Assembly (NCBI GenBank): GCA_905612405.1
Contig: CAJQRX010000012.1
Location: 29,351-93,350 of the forward strand
Source of the DNA: an uncultured Candidatus Thioglobus sp.
GTDB taxonomy: Bacteria; Pseudomonadota; Gammaproteobacteria; PS1; Pseudothioglobaceae
Length of the DNA: 64,000 nucleotides
Direction: 5' to 3'
Shown here: positions 8,748 to 19,504 of the stretch, in pieces
How positions within the stretch are numbered: position 1 is the first letter of the stretch
How the letters are laid out: each line of letters begins with the position of its first letter
The notes under the pieces: generated by a model
Database searches by the model: none
Seen by the model: the letters and a program-made list of their open reading frames with translations, nothing else
What the model was told of the DNA's origin: nothing
Made by a program: the position numbers and the translations under genes

Positions 8748-10814
8748 ATGCCTTCACTCTCTGATCCAATTATTTCGATTAGTGGATTAGGACAGAAAAC
8801 TTCGGACAGATTAAATCAGCTAGGGATTCATACGCTTGAGCATTTACTGTTTCACTTGCCGAGTCGTTATCAAGATAAAACAACCATTACCCCACTGTCT
8901 AGTGCAAGCGTTGAAGATGAAATTCTAATTGAAGTATCTATTGATAGAATTGAAGTTATTCCTTCAAGGCAAAGGCAGCTTCTTTGTTACTTATCAGATA
9001 ATCAAAATCAAAGGGTTATATTGCGATTTTTTCATTTTACACAGTACCAGAAACAAGCTCTTGTTCGCGGCGAGACCATCCAGTGCTTTGGTGAAATAAA
9101 AATCGGTCGTCAAGGCCTTGAAATGCATCATCCTGAATATCGAATTATTTCTCAAGATCAAAAACCGCTTCTTGAGTCAACCTTAACACCGGTTTATCCT
9201 CTTTGCGCTGGTGTTAGTCAAAATAAAATGAAACAATGGGTAAACAATGCTTTAGACGTCTTAAAAGCTAGCGTTATTGATGATTATTTTGAAAAGATAA
9301 CACAAAGCGCCATGCCAAGCTTAAAAGACTCTTTATTCTTGCTTCATCACCCTAATAAAGATGAGGATCTATCAAAAATTGAATCCTTTAAACACATTTC
9401 TCAGCAGAGATTAATTATTGAAGAACTTGCGGCCCATCAATTGAGTCTTTTGAAAATTAAAGAAGCAAGAAAAAGTAAAGAATCAAAAACCTTTTCTATT
9501 AAAAGCACATTGAGCAATAAACTTATAAGCTCCCTAGAGTTTGATTTAACTTCCGCTCAATCACGTTGCATTAGCCAAATTAATGAAGATCTATCGACCT
9601 CTGAGCCTATGCATAGATTACTTCAAGGTGATGTAGGCTCTGGAAAAACAATCGTAGCAGTATTTGCACTTATTCAGGCAGCGGAAAATAACTTCCAAAC
9701 TGCAGTAATGGCTCCCACTGAAATTCTAGCTCGTCAGCATCTGCAAAATTTTAGTAATTACCTAAGCCCCCTTGGTATTCAAATTGCTTTTCTATCAGGC
9801 TCACAAAATACTCAAGAAAGAAAAGAGAATTTAAGCCTTATAGAAAATGGACAAGCAAAAGTTATTATTGGAACACATGCGCTATTTCAAGAAAATGTTT
9901 ACTTTGAGGACCTTGCATTAGTGATCATTGATGAGCAGCACAAATTTGGAGTTCATCAGAGGCTGTCTCTTTCTAAGAAAGCAAGCTTAACCCCTCATCA
10001 GCTAGTCATGACCGCTACGCCAATTCCGAGATCATTAACAATGAGCGCTTATGCTGACTTAGATACTTCAGTTATTGATGAATTGCCACCAGGCCGTCAA
10101 AAAATTGAAACTGTTGCACTTAGTAATGCCCGAAGAGATGAATTAATTACCAAAATTAAACAAATTTCAAAGGAAGGACGTCAAATTTATTGGGTGTGTA
10201 CTTTAATTGAAGAATCTGAGGTTCTTCGTGCTGAGTCAGCTGAAAAAACATTTACATACCTCACAGATAATCTTAAAGATCTAAAAGTGGTGATGATTCA
10301 TGGACGCTTAACAAAGTCAGAAAAAGAAATTATTATGTCAGACTTTTCAACAGGAAAAACCAACCTTCTTGTCGCTACAACTGTAATTGAGGTTGGGGTT
10401 AATGTTCCTAATGCAAGCCTTATGATTGTTGAGAATGCAGAGCGCCTTGGGCTAGCTCAACTTCATCAGTTAAGGGGCCGGGTTGGCAGAGGGTCTGAAA
10501 AAAGTGCTTGTGTTTTATTATATCAATCACCCCTAAGCCAAACAGCCAAAGAAAGACTTGATATTCTTCGTCAGAGTAACGATGGATTTTTGATTGCTCA
10601 AAAAGACCTCGAGCTGCGTGGTCCGGGTGAAATTTTAGGGACACAGCAAACTGGAATTGCATCAATGAAAATTGCAAATATTGTTAGAGATGCTTACCTA
10701 CTTAAGCAGGTGGGATACTATTCATCAAAAATGCTAGAAGCAGAGCATAATAGTCAAAATGCTTTAATGACTCGCTGGATTGATGAAGAAAAAACTCACT
10801 ATTTCGATGCCTAA
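8748..10814 (+). CDS. recG: ATP-dependent DNA helicase RecG
   Basis: LLQGDVGSGKT, IDEQHKFGV, MTATPIPRSL, QLRGRVGRG. Confidence 0.97.
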   Translation: MPSLSDPIISISGLGQKTSDRLNQLGIHTLEHLLFHLPSRYQDKTTITPLSSASVEDEILIEVSIDRIEVIPSRQRQLLCYLSDNQNQRVILRFFHFTQYQKQALVRGETIQCFGEIKIGRQGLEMHHPEYRIISQDQKPLLESTLTPVYPLCAGVSQNKMKQWVNNALDVLKASVIDDYFEKITQSAMPSLKDSLFLLHHPNKDEDLSKIESFKHISQQRLIIEELAAHQLSLLKIKEARKSKESKTFSIKSTLSNKLISSLEFDLTSAQSRCISQINEDLSTSEPMHRLLQGDVGSGKTIVAVFALIQAAENNFQTAVMAPTEILARQHLQNFSNYLSPLGIQIAFLSGSQNTQERKENLSLIENGQAKVIIGTHALFQENVYFEDLALVIIDEQHKFGVHQRLSLSKKASLTPHQLVMTATPIPRSLTMSAYADLDTSVIDELPPGRQKIETVALSNARRDELITKIKQISKEGRQIYWVCTLIEESEVLRAESAEKTFTYLTDNLKDLKVVMIHGRLTKSEKEIIMSDFSTGKTNLLVATTVIEVGVNVPNASLMIVENAERLGLAQLHQLRGRVGRGSEKSACVLLYQSPLSQTAKERLDILRQSNDGFLIAQKDLELRGPGEILGTQQTGIASMKIANIVRDAYLLKQVGYYSSKMLEAEHNSQNALMTRWIDEEKTHYFDA

Positions 10815-10864
10815 TGATTTCTAGAACTCATTAAAATTCAGGATTCTTGTAAAATACTTAATCT

Positions 10865-11341
10865 ATGTTCAATCCAGACAAGTTTCAGTGGCGAATTTTT
10901 AATCCTCAAGAAGGCGTGCCTGAGCACGTCTGTAACTGGCTGCTAGATGGTCAATCATTAACCACTAAACTTAGAGATAAATATCAAGACTTCAAAGTTA
11001 ATGTCCTCTCTCAAGAACAGGATAACCCCTATGATTGTGAATTAAAACTACTTGAAGCTCATAGTAATCAAACTTTTATTGTTAGGGAAGTAGAGCTTAT
11101 AGGGTCCCAAATACCGGTTGTTATTGCTCGCTCATTAATTCCTCTCTCAGAGGATACGAATGAAATTTTGAAAATTGGAGCTAAGCCATTAGGAGAAATT
11201 TTATTTAATGATCCAGAGATTAAACGTGGCCATCTTGAAGTAGGAAGCTTTAATGAATCATGGGCTAGACGCTCAACTTTTAAAATTGGGAAAACCAAAT
11301 TACTCGTTTCTGAAATTTTTTTGGAGTCACTTTATGCGTGA
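10865..11341 (+). CDS. ubiC: Chorismate pyruvate-lyase
   Basis: WLLDGQSLTTKL, VREVEL, PLGEILF, WARRS, LLVSEIFL. Confidence 0.88.
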   Translation: MFNPDKFQWRIFNPQEGVPEHVCNWLLDGQSLTTKLRDKYQDFKVNVLSQEQDNPYDCELKLLEAHSNQTFIVREVELIGSQIPVVIARSLIPLSEDTNEILKIGAKPLGEILFNDPEIKRGHLEVGSFNESWARRSTFKIGKTKLLVSEIFLESLYA

Positions 11342-12047
11342 TAATTTATTTGATAATAATATTGATATAGCTGATTTTCGTTTCGATGAAGACGTAGTTA
11401 AGGTGTTTGATGATATGGTTAGAAGATCTGTTCCTGGATATGACTCTATGATTCAAATGGTTGGACTGGTTGCCAGAATGTATGGCCAAGATAATACTAA
11501 CTATTATGACCTTGGCTCTTCGACAGGAGCAATATCACTTGCAATAGCGCTCAATAATAAAAATAAAAATAATCAATTTATTGCAATTGATAACTCAGCT
11601 GAAATGGTAAAGAAATGTCAAACAAACCTATCCAATAAAATTGATAACTTGCAAGTTCTTTGTTCAGATATTACTGACGCTGAAATTAATAATGCATCAA
11701 TTGTTGTATTGAACTTAACCCTTCAATTTATTAATGTTGGTTCAAGAGTAGCGCTCCTTAAAAAAATATATGATGGACTAAATCCTGGAGGCGTATTAAT
11801 AATTAGTGAAAAGATACACTTTGAAGATTCTGAAACACAAGATCATATTACAAAGCTCCACTTAGATTTCAAAAGAGAAAATGGCTATAGTGAACTTGAA
11901 ATTGCCAATAAACGCCAAGCTATTGAAAATGTAATGATTACTGAAACTAAAAAAGCTCATATTGATCGCCTTAAGGATTGTGGCTTTATCGAGACGAGCT
12001 GCTACTTTCAGTGCCTCAACTTTGTATCATTTTTATCTGTAAAATAA
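11334..12047 (+). CDS. cmoA: Carboxy-S-adenosyl-L-methionine synthase
   Basis: [42 protein letters not shown]; start moved to ATG 11334 (MRDNLF), overlapping the ubiC end. Confidence 0.92.
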   Translation: MRDNLFDNNIDIADFRFDEDVVKVFDDMVRRSVPGYDSMIQMVGLVARMYGQDNTNYYDLGSSTGAISLAIALNNKNKNNQFIAIDNSAEMVKKCQTNLSNKIDNLQVLCSDITDAEINNASIVVLNLTLQFINVGSRVALLKKIYDGLNPGGVLIISEKIHFEDSETQDHITKLHLDFKRENGYSELEIANKRQAIENVMITETKKAHIDRLKDCGFIETSCYFQCLNFVSFLSVK

Positions 12048-12081
12048 ACATCGTTTAAATTGCTTTAAATTAGGTTTTTCT

Positions 12082-12666
12082 ATGTTGCTAATGATCGACA
12101 ACTACGACTCATTTACTTATAACTTGGTTCAGTATTTTGGTGAACTTGGTCAAGAAGTTGTCGTCTATAGAAATGATGAAATCTCTATTAATGAGATTGA
12201 AAGTTTAAACCCTAACTACATCGTAATATCACCTGGTCCATGCACTCCAAATGAAGCTGGAATTTCTTTAGAATTAATCAAAAAGTTTGCTGGAAAGTTT
12301 CCTATACTAGGAGTATGTCTAGGCTTTCAGGCAATTGTTCAATCATTTGGTGGAAACATTATTGGTGCCCAAAAAATTATGCATGGTAAAGTTTCACCAA
12401 TTCATCACACCTCTAAGAGCGTTTTTAAAGGCCTTAAAAATCCTCTTAACGCAACTCGATACCACTCATTAGTAGCAGAAAAGACAACCTTGCCAGATTG
12501 CTTTGAGGTAACAGCTTGGACCAATACAGAATCAGGAGATGTTGAAGAAATAATGGGTGTTCGTCATAACTCTTTCCCAATTGAAGGTGTTCAATTTCAT
12601 CCCGAATCCATTCTCACAGAACATGGACATCAAATGCTAAATACTTTTTTACAGGACAATCAATAA
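12082..12666 (+). CDS. trpG: Anthranilate/aminodeoxychorismate synthase glutamine amidotransferase (TrpG/PabA)
   Basis: [32 protein letters not shown]. Confidence 0.88.
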   Translation: MLLMIDNYDSFTYNLVQYFGELGQEVVVYRNDEISINEIESLNPNYIVISPGPCTPNEAGISLELIKKFAGKFPILGVCLGFQAIVQSFGGNIIGAQKIMHGKVSPIHHTSKSVFKGLKNPLNATRYHSLVAEKTTLPDCFEVTAWTNTESGDVEEIMGVRHNSFPIEGVQFHPESILTEHGHQMLNTFLQDNQ

Positions 12667-12668
12667 TC

Positions 12669-13124
12669 ATGGAATTAATTCAATTTTTACAAGGTGAACT
12701 TTTACTCACTGGAACCTTACTTGCTCTTATTATTCTTCTTATAGTAAATCTCTACGGAGACAAATTTAAAAAATATGCAGTAGTTGACACTAATGCCGCA
12801 GTTTCTTTGATGGATGATGATGAGCTAATAATTTTAGATGTACGAGAAGAAAAAGAGCGCTCTGCTGGATTTATTAGTAATGATATTAATATTCCCATGA
12901 GCCAAGTTAAAAATAAAATGGACTCACTTGATAAATCAAAAAATATTCTTATCTATTGTAAAAGTGGCACCCGATCTGATCAAATTTCAGGCTTACTTTC
13001 TAGGAATAAATTTGAAAATGTATCTAGCCTAAAAGGTGGCTTTAATGCTTGGAAAAAAGCTGAATTACCAATTCAATTGCTAGTTAAAGCCAAAAAATTA
13101 GCTTCAAAAAAGATCAAAAGATAA
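12669..13124 (+). CDS. Membrane-anchored rhodanese-domain protein (YibN-like)
   Basis: N-terminal TM, LDVRE, YCKSGTRS, LKGGFNAW; upstream of gpsA. Confidence 0.85.
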   Translation: MELIQFLQGELLLTGTLLALIILLIVNLYGDKFKKYAVVDTNAAVSLMDDDELIILDVREEKERSAGFISNDINIPMSQVKNKMDSLDKSKNILIYCKSGTRSDQISGLLSRNKFENVSSLKGGFNAWKKAELPIQLLVKAKKLASKKIKR

Positions 13125-13129
13125 TTAAT

Positions 13130-14104
13130 ATGAAAACATCTTTAGCTATTATTGGAGCTGGCGCATGGGGAAGCGCACTTGCAATTGCTCTTAGTGATAA
13201 ATTTGTTCAAATTTTTCTAATTACAAAAGATAAAGCAAACACAAAGAGACTTGGTAATCAGCATGAAGCATTATCCGTCCCGTTTAATACTAACATTTCT
13301 ATAAGTAGCAGCTTTGAGGTGATTGAAGGCTCAGAGGCTGTTCTTATTGCAACTCCAAGCTCTTCATTTAATAGCGTACTTAAAAACCTTAGCCCTCAAG
13401 TGAAAAAAATGCCTATTGCCTGGGTGACAAAGGGCTTTGATCCAGATAATGGAAAACTTCTTCATGAATCTTTTAGTCAAAAATTTCCTGATCATCATCC
13501 CTGCGTAATATCTGGCCCAACTTTTGCTGCTGAAATCGCTGAAAAAAAACCTGCAGCTATAGTTGTAGCATCTAAAGATAAAACGACAAGAGATTTTTGG
13601 GCTGAAACAATACAAACTAGAAATTTACGAACTTATACAAATTCTGATATTGTTGGCGTACAAGTTGGTGGCTCTGTAAAAAATATTCTAGCAATTGCTG
13701 CTGGGATTGCAAATGGACTTGGTTTTGGTGCAAATACACAAGCCGCTCTTATTACTAGAGGTTTAGCAGAAATGACTCGACTTGGCGAAGCTCTAGGTGC
13801 AGATAAAGCTACTTTCCAAGGCCTCTCTGGAATGGGTGATTTAGTTCTCACCTGCTCAGATGATTTATCTAGAAACCGTCGCTTTGGTAAAGAGCTAGCT
13901 AATAATATATCTACTGATAAAGCTCTAAAAAATATCAACGCTACAGTTGAGGGCTTTAAAGCTTTAAAACTAGTAATTATGATTGCAAATAATCATCAAA
14001 TCGAAATGCCTATTTGCGAACAAGTTCTTGCAGTGACTGAAGGAAGGACAACTCCAAAGGATGCTGTTAATGAGCTGCTTTTAAGAAAGCCTAGCAAAGA
14101 GTAA
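13130..14104 (+). CDS. gpsA: NAD(P)H-dependent glycerol-3-phosphate dehydrogenase
   Basis: GAGAWGSALA, SGPTFAAE, KNILAIAAG, GDLVLTC..SRNRRFG. Confidence 0.95.
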   Translation: MKTSLAIIGAGAWGSALAIALSDKFVQIFLITKDKANTKRLGNQHEALSVPFNTNISISSSFEVIEGSEAVLIATPSSSFNSVLKNLSPQVKKMPIAWVTKGFDPDNGKLLHESFSQKFPDHHPCVISGPTFAAEIAEKKPAAIVVASKDKTTRDFWAETIQTRNLRTYTNSDIVGVQVGGSVKNILAIAAGIANGLGFGANTQAALITRGLAEMTRLGEALGADKATFQGLSGMGDLVLTCSDDLSRNRRFGKELANNISTDKALKNINATVEGFKALKLVIMIANNHQIEMPICEQVLAVTEGRTTPKDAVNELLLRKPSKE

Positions 14105-14141
14105 GCCAATTCAAATAAAACCATTAAGGCATGCCTAAAAA

Positions 14142-15911
14142 ATGAGCCTAAATAACAGAAAAATTTCTAGCACTGAAAATATTCAGAAGCAAGACTTACG
14201 TCTATTGCTTCGATTAGCGCCTTTTTTAAGGCCCTATAAAAAAACTGCCTTAATTGCCATTATTGCGCTCATTTTTAGTTCATTAGCATTTTTATTATTT
14301 GGACAAGGTATTAAATTATTTATAGACGAGGGGATTTATACGATTGATAGTAAAGCAATGCTACTAATTGCACTAGTTTTAATCACTATGGTGATAGCAA
14401 CCTTCATACGCTTTTACTTCGTCTCATGGATTGGTGAAAGAGTCAGTAATGATGTTCGCCTAGCAGTATTTAATCACTTGCTTACTCTTCACCCTCATTA
14501 TTTTGAAATAAACCGAAGCGGGGAAATAAATGCGCGATTGACAACTGACACCACTTTGCTTCAATCTATTTTTGGTTTCTCAATATCAATGGCCCTAAGT
14601 AGTGTCCTTCTATTTTTTGGGGGACTGACAATGATGATTATTACCAATTTAAAACTTGCTCTTATTGTTCTTTTTAGCGTCCCCATTATTCTCCTGCCTA
14701 TGGCGATCTATGGTCGTCGATTAAGATCACTTTCAAGAAAGAGTCAAGACACAGTAGCAGATATTGGAACCTATGCTGGAGAAATAGTACAAAACATTAA
14801 AGTTGTTCAAAGCTTTACCCGTGAACCTGAAGAATCACATGCATTTAGCGCTGAAGTTGAAAAAGCTTTTGCAGTAGCAAAAAAACGAATAATGCAGAGC
14901 TCCTTACTAATTGCAGCAGCAATGATTCTAGTTTTTACGGGCCTAGGATCTATGATATGGGCTGGCGCTAAAGATGTTGCAAATGGGCAAATCACAGCAG
15001 GTGAACTGGCTGCATTTGTTTTTTATGCAATCATGGTTGCAAGGTCCGTCGCTGTTATTTCTGAAATTTATGGGCAGCTCCAAAGGGCTGCTGGCGCAAC
15101 GGAACGGCTGCTTGAATTGTTAGCAGAAAAATCACAGATTTTTGCACCAGTCACTCCAAAAAAATTAAACAATGGCGCCCTCTCACTAAGCTTTAACAAT
15201 GTTCACTTTAGCTATCCATCAAGACCAGAACAGTCAGCCCTTGAAGAGCTTACTTTTAAAGTTAAAGAAGGTGAGACAGTAGCTATTGTTGGTCTCTCTG
15301 GTGCAGGCAAGACAACTATTTTTGAGCTACTTCAAAGATTTTATGATCCGTCTAAAGGCATTATTAAAGTTAGTAATACTAACCTTATTGATCTAGATCC
15401 TAAAGCTCTTCGATCAAGTATTGGAGTAGTACCGCAACAACCAACATTATTCTCAGCTGATGTCACTCATAATATTGGATATGGCAATCCGACTGCAAAT
15501 AAAAATCAAATCAGGGATGCTGCAAAGGAGGCTTATGCGTTAGAATTTATAGAGCAGCTTCCAGATGGCTTTGATAGCTATCTTGGTGAACAAGGTGTTC
15601 GCTTATCAGGTGGCCAGCGCCAACGCATAGCAATAGCAAGAGCAATACTCAAAGACCCATCGATTCTTCTTCTAGATGAAGCTACCAGCGCTCTAGATGC
15701 AGACAGTGAACAAAAAGTTCAGGATGCTTTAAAAGTCTTAATGAAGGGAAGAACTACTTTAATAATTGCTCATAGGCTTGCAACAATTATGCATGCAGAT
15801 CGTATTTTACTAATCGATAAGGGTCGATTAATTGCTGAAGGTAATCATCAAGATTTATTATCCAGCTCGGAGCTCTACAAGAAGCTTTGTGAGCTACAAT
15901 TTAACTTCTAG
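14142..15911 (+). CDS. Fused ABC exporter permease/ATPase (MsbA-related)
   Basis: RLTTDTTLLQ, LQRAAGATERL, GLSGAGKT, LSGGQRQRIAIARA. Confidence 0.88.
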   Translation: MSLNNRKISSTENIQKQDLRLLLRLAPFLRPYKKTALIAIIALIFSSLAFLLFGQGIKLFIDEGIYTIDSKAMLLIALVLITMVIATFIRFYFVSWIGERVSNDVRLAVFNHLLTLHPHYFEINRSGEINARLTTDTTLLQSIFGFSISMALSSVLLFFGGLTMMIITNLKLALIVLFSVPIILLPMAIYGRRLRSLSRKSQDTVADIGTYAGEIVQNIKVVQSFTREPEESHAFSAEVEKAFAVAKKRIMQSSLLIAAAMILVFTGLGSMIWAGAKDVANGQITAGELAAFVFYAIMVARSVAVISEIYGQLQRAAGATERLLELLAEKSQIFAPVTPKKLNNGALSLSFNNVHFSYPSRPEQSALEELTFKVKEGETVAIVGLSGAGKTTIFELLQRFYDPSKGIIKVSNTNLIDLDPKALRSSIGVVPQQPTLFSADVTHNIGYGNPTANKNQIRDAAKEAYALEFIEQLPDGFDSYLGEQGVRLSGGQRQRIAIARAILKDPSILLLDEATSALDADSEQKVQDALKVLMKGRTTLIIAHRLATIMHADRILLIDKGRLIAEGNHQDLLSSSELYKKLCELQFNF

Positions 15912-16037
15912 CAAAGTCATTTAATTAGAAGATTTATTGGCACATTAAAGACTTGTTATTATTTTTAAAATTAGAAAGATAAGACTTTGTATTTACTGGA
16001 TAATAGTATTAAATTTCAACTGTAAATTGATTAATTA

Positions 16038-16763
16038 ATGGTCAATAAGTATAGAAATATCAAAAAAAATCTAAAAAGCTTCTGTCTTTTAGTCACCCTA
16101 TTTTCAGTAAGTACCCTTGTCTCTTCAGCATCACTTTCATCTTTTAAACCTAGTTTTGACTCCATTGAAAATACTGTTGTAAGAAAAGAAGTTTTTTTTA
16201 ATTATCTTCTTCCAGCAATACATCAAAAAAATGCTGAGATAACTAAACTAAGAAATTCTATATTAAATAATGAATTGAGTATCAATGAGCTCGAAAAATT
16301 AGCATCAAAGTATCGCGTCAAAAATCCAGCTACTCAAGAAGAGTTATTAAAAGTAATTGATATTCTTCCGCCTTCTCTTGTGCTTGCTCAAGCTGCAAAT
16401 GAGTCAAATTGGGGAAGATCAAGATTTGCCAAAGAATTTAATAATTATTTTGGAATCTGGTGTTTTTCTAAAGGCTGCGGAATCATTCCTAAAGAAAGAG
16501 CTATGAACGCAACACATGAGGTTGCGAGTTTTAATTCTTTACAAGAAAATGTTGATTACTATATGTTTAATATTAATCGAAGCTATGCCTATGAAGAACT
16601 TCGATTAATAAGAGAAAAGCAGCGCAATGATATGATGCCTATCAAAGGAATCGTTCTAGCAGAAGGTCTAGGTAATTACGCATTTCCTGGTAATGAATAT
16701 ATTGATTCAATTAAATCAGTTATCCAATATAACCAACTTGGTCGTCATGACTATATAAACTAA
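16038..16763 (+). CDS. Bax-like glucosaminidase-domain protein
   Basis: LAQAANESNWGRSRFAKEFNNYFGIWC. Confidence 0.82.
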   Translation: MVNKYRNIKKNLKSFCLLVTLFSVSTLVSSASLSSFKPSFDSIENTVVRKEVFFNYLLPAIHQKNAEITKLRNSILNNELSINELEKLASKYRVKNPATQEELLKVIDILPPSLVLAQAANESNWGRSRFAKEFNNYFGIWCFSKGCGIIPKERAMNATHEVASFNSLQENVDYYMFNINRSYAYEELRLIREKQRNDMMPIKGIVLAEGLGNYAFPGNEYIDSIKSVIQYNQLGRHDYIN

Positions 16764-16783
16764 GTCAAAAATAATTTTGGTAT

Positions 16784-16812
16784 AAAAAAACCCGCAAGTA
16801 GCAGGTTTTTTT
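16784..16812. terminator. Bidirectional intrinsic terminator
   Basis: A7-CCCGC-AAGTA-GCAGG-T7 between convergent genes. Confidence 0.8.
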
Positions 16813-16834
16813 GAAATAGATTTTGTTTGCAAAA

Positions 16835-17230
16835 TTAACGTTTTGAGTACTGTTCACTCTTACGCGCCTTCTTCCTACCAACTTTCTTACGCTCAACTAC
16901 ACGTGCATCACGTGTCACTAGTCCAGCACTTCGTAATCCAGGACGAGTCGCCTCATCATAAGCCATCAAGGCCCTAGTAACTCCAAGTCTAATAGCACCA
17001 GCTTGGCCTGTATCACCACCACCTTTAACCATGATAGTAAAATCAAACTTGTTATGCATTTCAACAACATCCAAAGGTTGGTTTATAATCATTGAAGATG
17101 TCTCTCTACCGAAATATTCAGCCATTGGCTTTTTATTAACTGTAAAAACACCCTTACCTTTTGTCATGTAAACACGAGCAACTGATGTCTTTCTTCTTCC
17201 AGTTGCGTAAAAAACTTCTTTATCTGCCAT
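16835..17230 (-). CDS. rpsI: 30S ribosomal protein S9
   Basis: [34 protein letters not shown]. Confidence 0.98.
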   Translation of the reverse strand: MADKEVFYATGRRKTSVARVYMTKGKGVFTVNKKPMAEYFGRETSSMIINQPLDVVEMHNKFDFTIMVKGGGDTGQAGAIRLGVTRALMAYDEATRPGLRSAGLVTRDARVVERKKVGRKKARKSEQYSKR

Positions 17231-17241
17231 AATAATATGCC

Positions 17242-17670
17242 TTAAATATCCAATACTTGTGGTTGTTGAGATTGATGGGTATGTTCACTACCAGCAAAAA
17301 CCTTCATTTTTCTAAACATTTCTCTGCCTAATGGACCTTTTGGCAACATTCCTTTAACTGCTTTTTGAATAACTTCCTCAGGCTTTTTAGCAAGAAGATC
17401 TTTAAATGGAACTGATTTCAAATTACCAACATAGCCAGTATGGTGATGATACATTTTGTCATTATATTTGTTTCCAGTTACGGTTATTTTTGCCGCATTA
17501 ACGATAACAATATAATCCCCTGTATCAACGTGAGGAGTAAATTCAGGCTTATGCTTACCACGAAGACGAGATGCAACTTCGGTTGCCAGACGCCCAAGGG
17601 TCTTACCGTCTGCATCTACTAAAAACCACTCTCTTTTTACTTCTTCAGCTTTCGCACTAAATGTTTTCAT
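17242..17670 (-). CDS. rplM: 50S ribosomal protein L13
   Basis: [35 protein letters not shown]. Confidence 0.98.
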   Translation of the reverse strand: MKTFSAKAEEVKREWFLVDADGKTLGRLATEVASRLRGKHKPEFTPHVDTGDYIVIVNAAKITVTGNKYNDKMYHHHTGYVGNLKSVPFKDLLAKKPEEVIQKAVKGMLPKGPLGREMFRKMKVFAGSEHTHQSQQPQVLDI

Positions 17671-17707
17671 AACTCGCTTCTATATGTCGGATCAGAATAA
17701 TCGGACT

Positions 17708-17736
17708 ATTATAATCACTTTTTATTCTTGATGTAA
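17708..17736 (-). promoter_or_regulatory. Putative sigma70 promoter of rplM-rpsI
   Basis: TTACAT-17 nt-TATAAT on minus strand. Confidence 0.55.
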
Positions 17737-17794
17737 GTTTTCATATGGCAATAGTGCTAATTATTCAAGAATAAATAGACACTTTACTTTGATT

Positions 17795-19450
17795 TTATTT
17801 TGCTGTTAAGTCAAGGTCTTTTTTGTAGAGTTCAGATTCAACATCCATTAAACCTAATAAAGTATGAAATAAGCTATCATGAGATTGAGGTAGTTGTGCT
17901 TTTTCTTTGATAGACTCTATGTCAAATATTCTTGATATTGATTCATCAAACCACATAAACGCTGGAATTTTAATCTGCTCATCTGGCGCCATAAAATAAG
18001 GCATTCCGTGCAGATATAGTCCATTCTCCCCAAGAGATTCGCCATGATCACTGATATAGAGCATTGCAGTATCAGAATTAACTGAGTTAGCCTTTAAAAC
18101 AGCAATCACCTTTGAAAGAAAATAATCAGTATATAAGATGGTGTTGTCGTAGGCATTTATTATCTCCTCATCTGTGCACTCGTTTAATTGACTTGTTTTA
18201 CAAGTCGGCATAAAAACTTCAAATTCTGGTGGGTATCTTTTGAAGTAGGCTGGCCCATGACTTCCCATAGTATGCAAAACTATTAATATATCATTATTAT
18301 TTTGTTCATCAATATAGTTTTGAATATCTGTCAACATTCCCTCATCTCTGCATTCAGGATTACATATAGAATTTAGTTTAGATGACCGATAGTCTTCATA
18401 AGGAACTCTCTCTGCTACCCCTTTTGAATCAGAATTGTTATCAAGCCAAAGGACGCTTGCATCTGCCCTACTTATTAAATCAAGAGAATTACTCATATTC
18501 TTACCACTAGTATGATTGTAATTCTCCCTATCAAGCAAAGAGAACATACATGGAACAGACCAAGCAGTATCCGTTCCGCAAGAAACCATCTCCTTAAAGG
18601 AAATAATTTCTTCTTGCTCTAAAAAAGGGTTTGTTTTACGTTCATACCCATTTAATGACATGTGATCACTTCTAGCAGTTTCACCAACTATAAGAATTAC
18701 TAATCTTCTTTGTGCTGACTTTTTATTAATCTTTGCATCAAGACCAATCTCAACAAAAGGCTTAGTAGAAGTAGCTATTTTTGAATTAGTGAACTTCGCT
18801 AAAGAATATAAATAATACGTTGGAATAACATAAGTTCTGAGGTGTTTATTTTCTCTAAAAAAAGATGAGTAATGCTTGCTAAAAGATAGAATAATGACTG
18901 AACTTACGATCACTAGAATTAGAAAAACTTTTACCCTCTGCAAAAATTGTGCGACATGAGGGACATATTGAGGTTTAATCTTTCCAAGAATTTTAGAAGC
19001 AAACTCTGTTTCAAGTTTAGATTGTGTTTTGCTAAGCTTAACTTTCCAAACTGCTGTAGAGGGCAATAAGCCAAGGATTAAAAGATAAAAAAATGACTTA
19101 AAATTGACTAAGTCAAGAAATTCATTTGAGTCAGTTTCAAAGGTATTAGTTATCATATTATGGTCAAAAACAATGCCATAATTATTTGTACTATAGCCCA
19201 CCAATGAAGAAGTTAATAACAATAGGATTAAAATTGGTTTTGTTGTTTTTATATAGCAAACCAGAAGCAGCAAGGAAGCCAAAAAAGTAAATAATAATAA
19301 AAATAAAGACCCTAAAAAAAACAAGTTCTCAGAAAGTGGATAAACCAGCAATGTTTTTTCGAAAAATGTAAAATTACCAGTTAAAGTTAAAAAACCTGCA
19401 ATTAGCAAAACTAGATTAATCTGCGATAATTGATAAGGAAAAAGTTTCAT
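17795..19450 (-). CDS. eptA: Lipid A phosphoethanolamine transferase (EptA family)
   Basis: N-terminal TM domain, VGETAR, CGTDTAWSVPCMFS, HTMGSHGPAY, YDNTILYTD, SDHGESLGE. Confidence 0.93.
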   Translation of the reverse strand: MKLFPYQLSQINLVLLIAGFLTLTGNFTFFEKTLLVYPLSENLFFLGSLFLLLFTFLASLLLLVCYIKTTKPILILLLLTSSLVGYSTNNYGIVFDHNMITNTFETDSNEFLDLVNFKSFFYLLILGLLPSTAVWKVKLSKTQSKLETEFASKILGKIKPQYVPHVAQFLQRVKVFLILVIVSSVIILSFSKHYSSFFRENKHLRTYVIPTYYLYSLAKFTNSKIATSTKPFVEIGLDAKINKKSAQRRLVILIVGETARSDHMSLNGYERKTNPFLEQEEIISFKEMVSCGTDTAWSVPCMFSLLDRENYNHTSGKNMSNSLDLISRADASVLWLDNNSDSKGVAERVPYEDYRSSKLNSICNPECRDEGMLTDIQNYIDEQNNNDILIVLHTMGSHGPAYFKRYPPEFEVFMPTCKTSQLNECTDEEIINAYDNTILYTDYFLSKVIAVLKANSVNSDTAMLYISDHGESLGENGLYLHGMPYFMAPDEQIKIPAFMWFDESISRIFDIESIKEKAQLPQSHDSLFHTLLGLMDVESELYKKDLDLTAK

Positions 19451-19504
19451 TTGTTGTATTTAAAAAAATATTGTTATATTATCCATTAGATTAAAAAGGA
19501 AATC

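Noticed and set aside
11253-11333. Upstream extension of cmoA; likewise TTG extensions at 36046 and 39576
   Set aside because: They overlap ubiC or the promoter module; downstream ATGs give family-typical starts or signal peptides.
15946-15994. Imperfect AAGACTT direct repeat upstream of the Bax-like gene
   Set aside because: Short and AT-rich; indistinguishable from chance.
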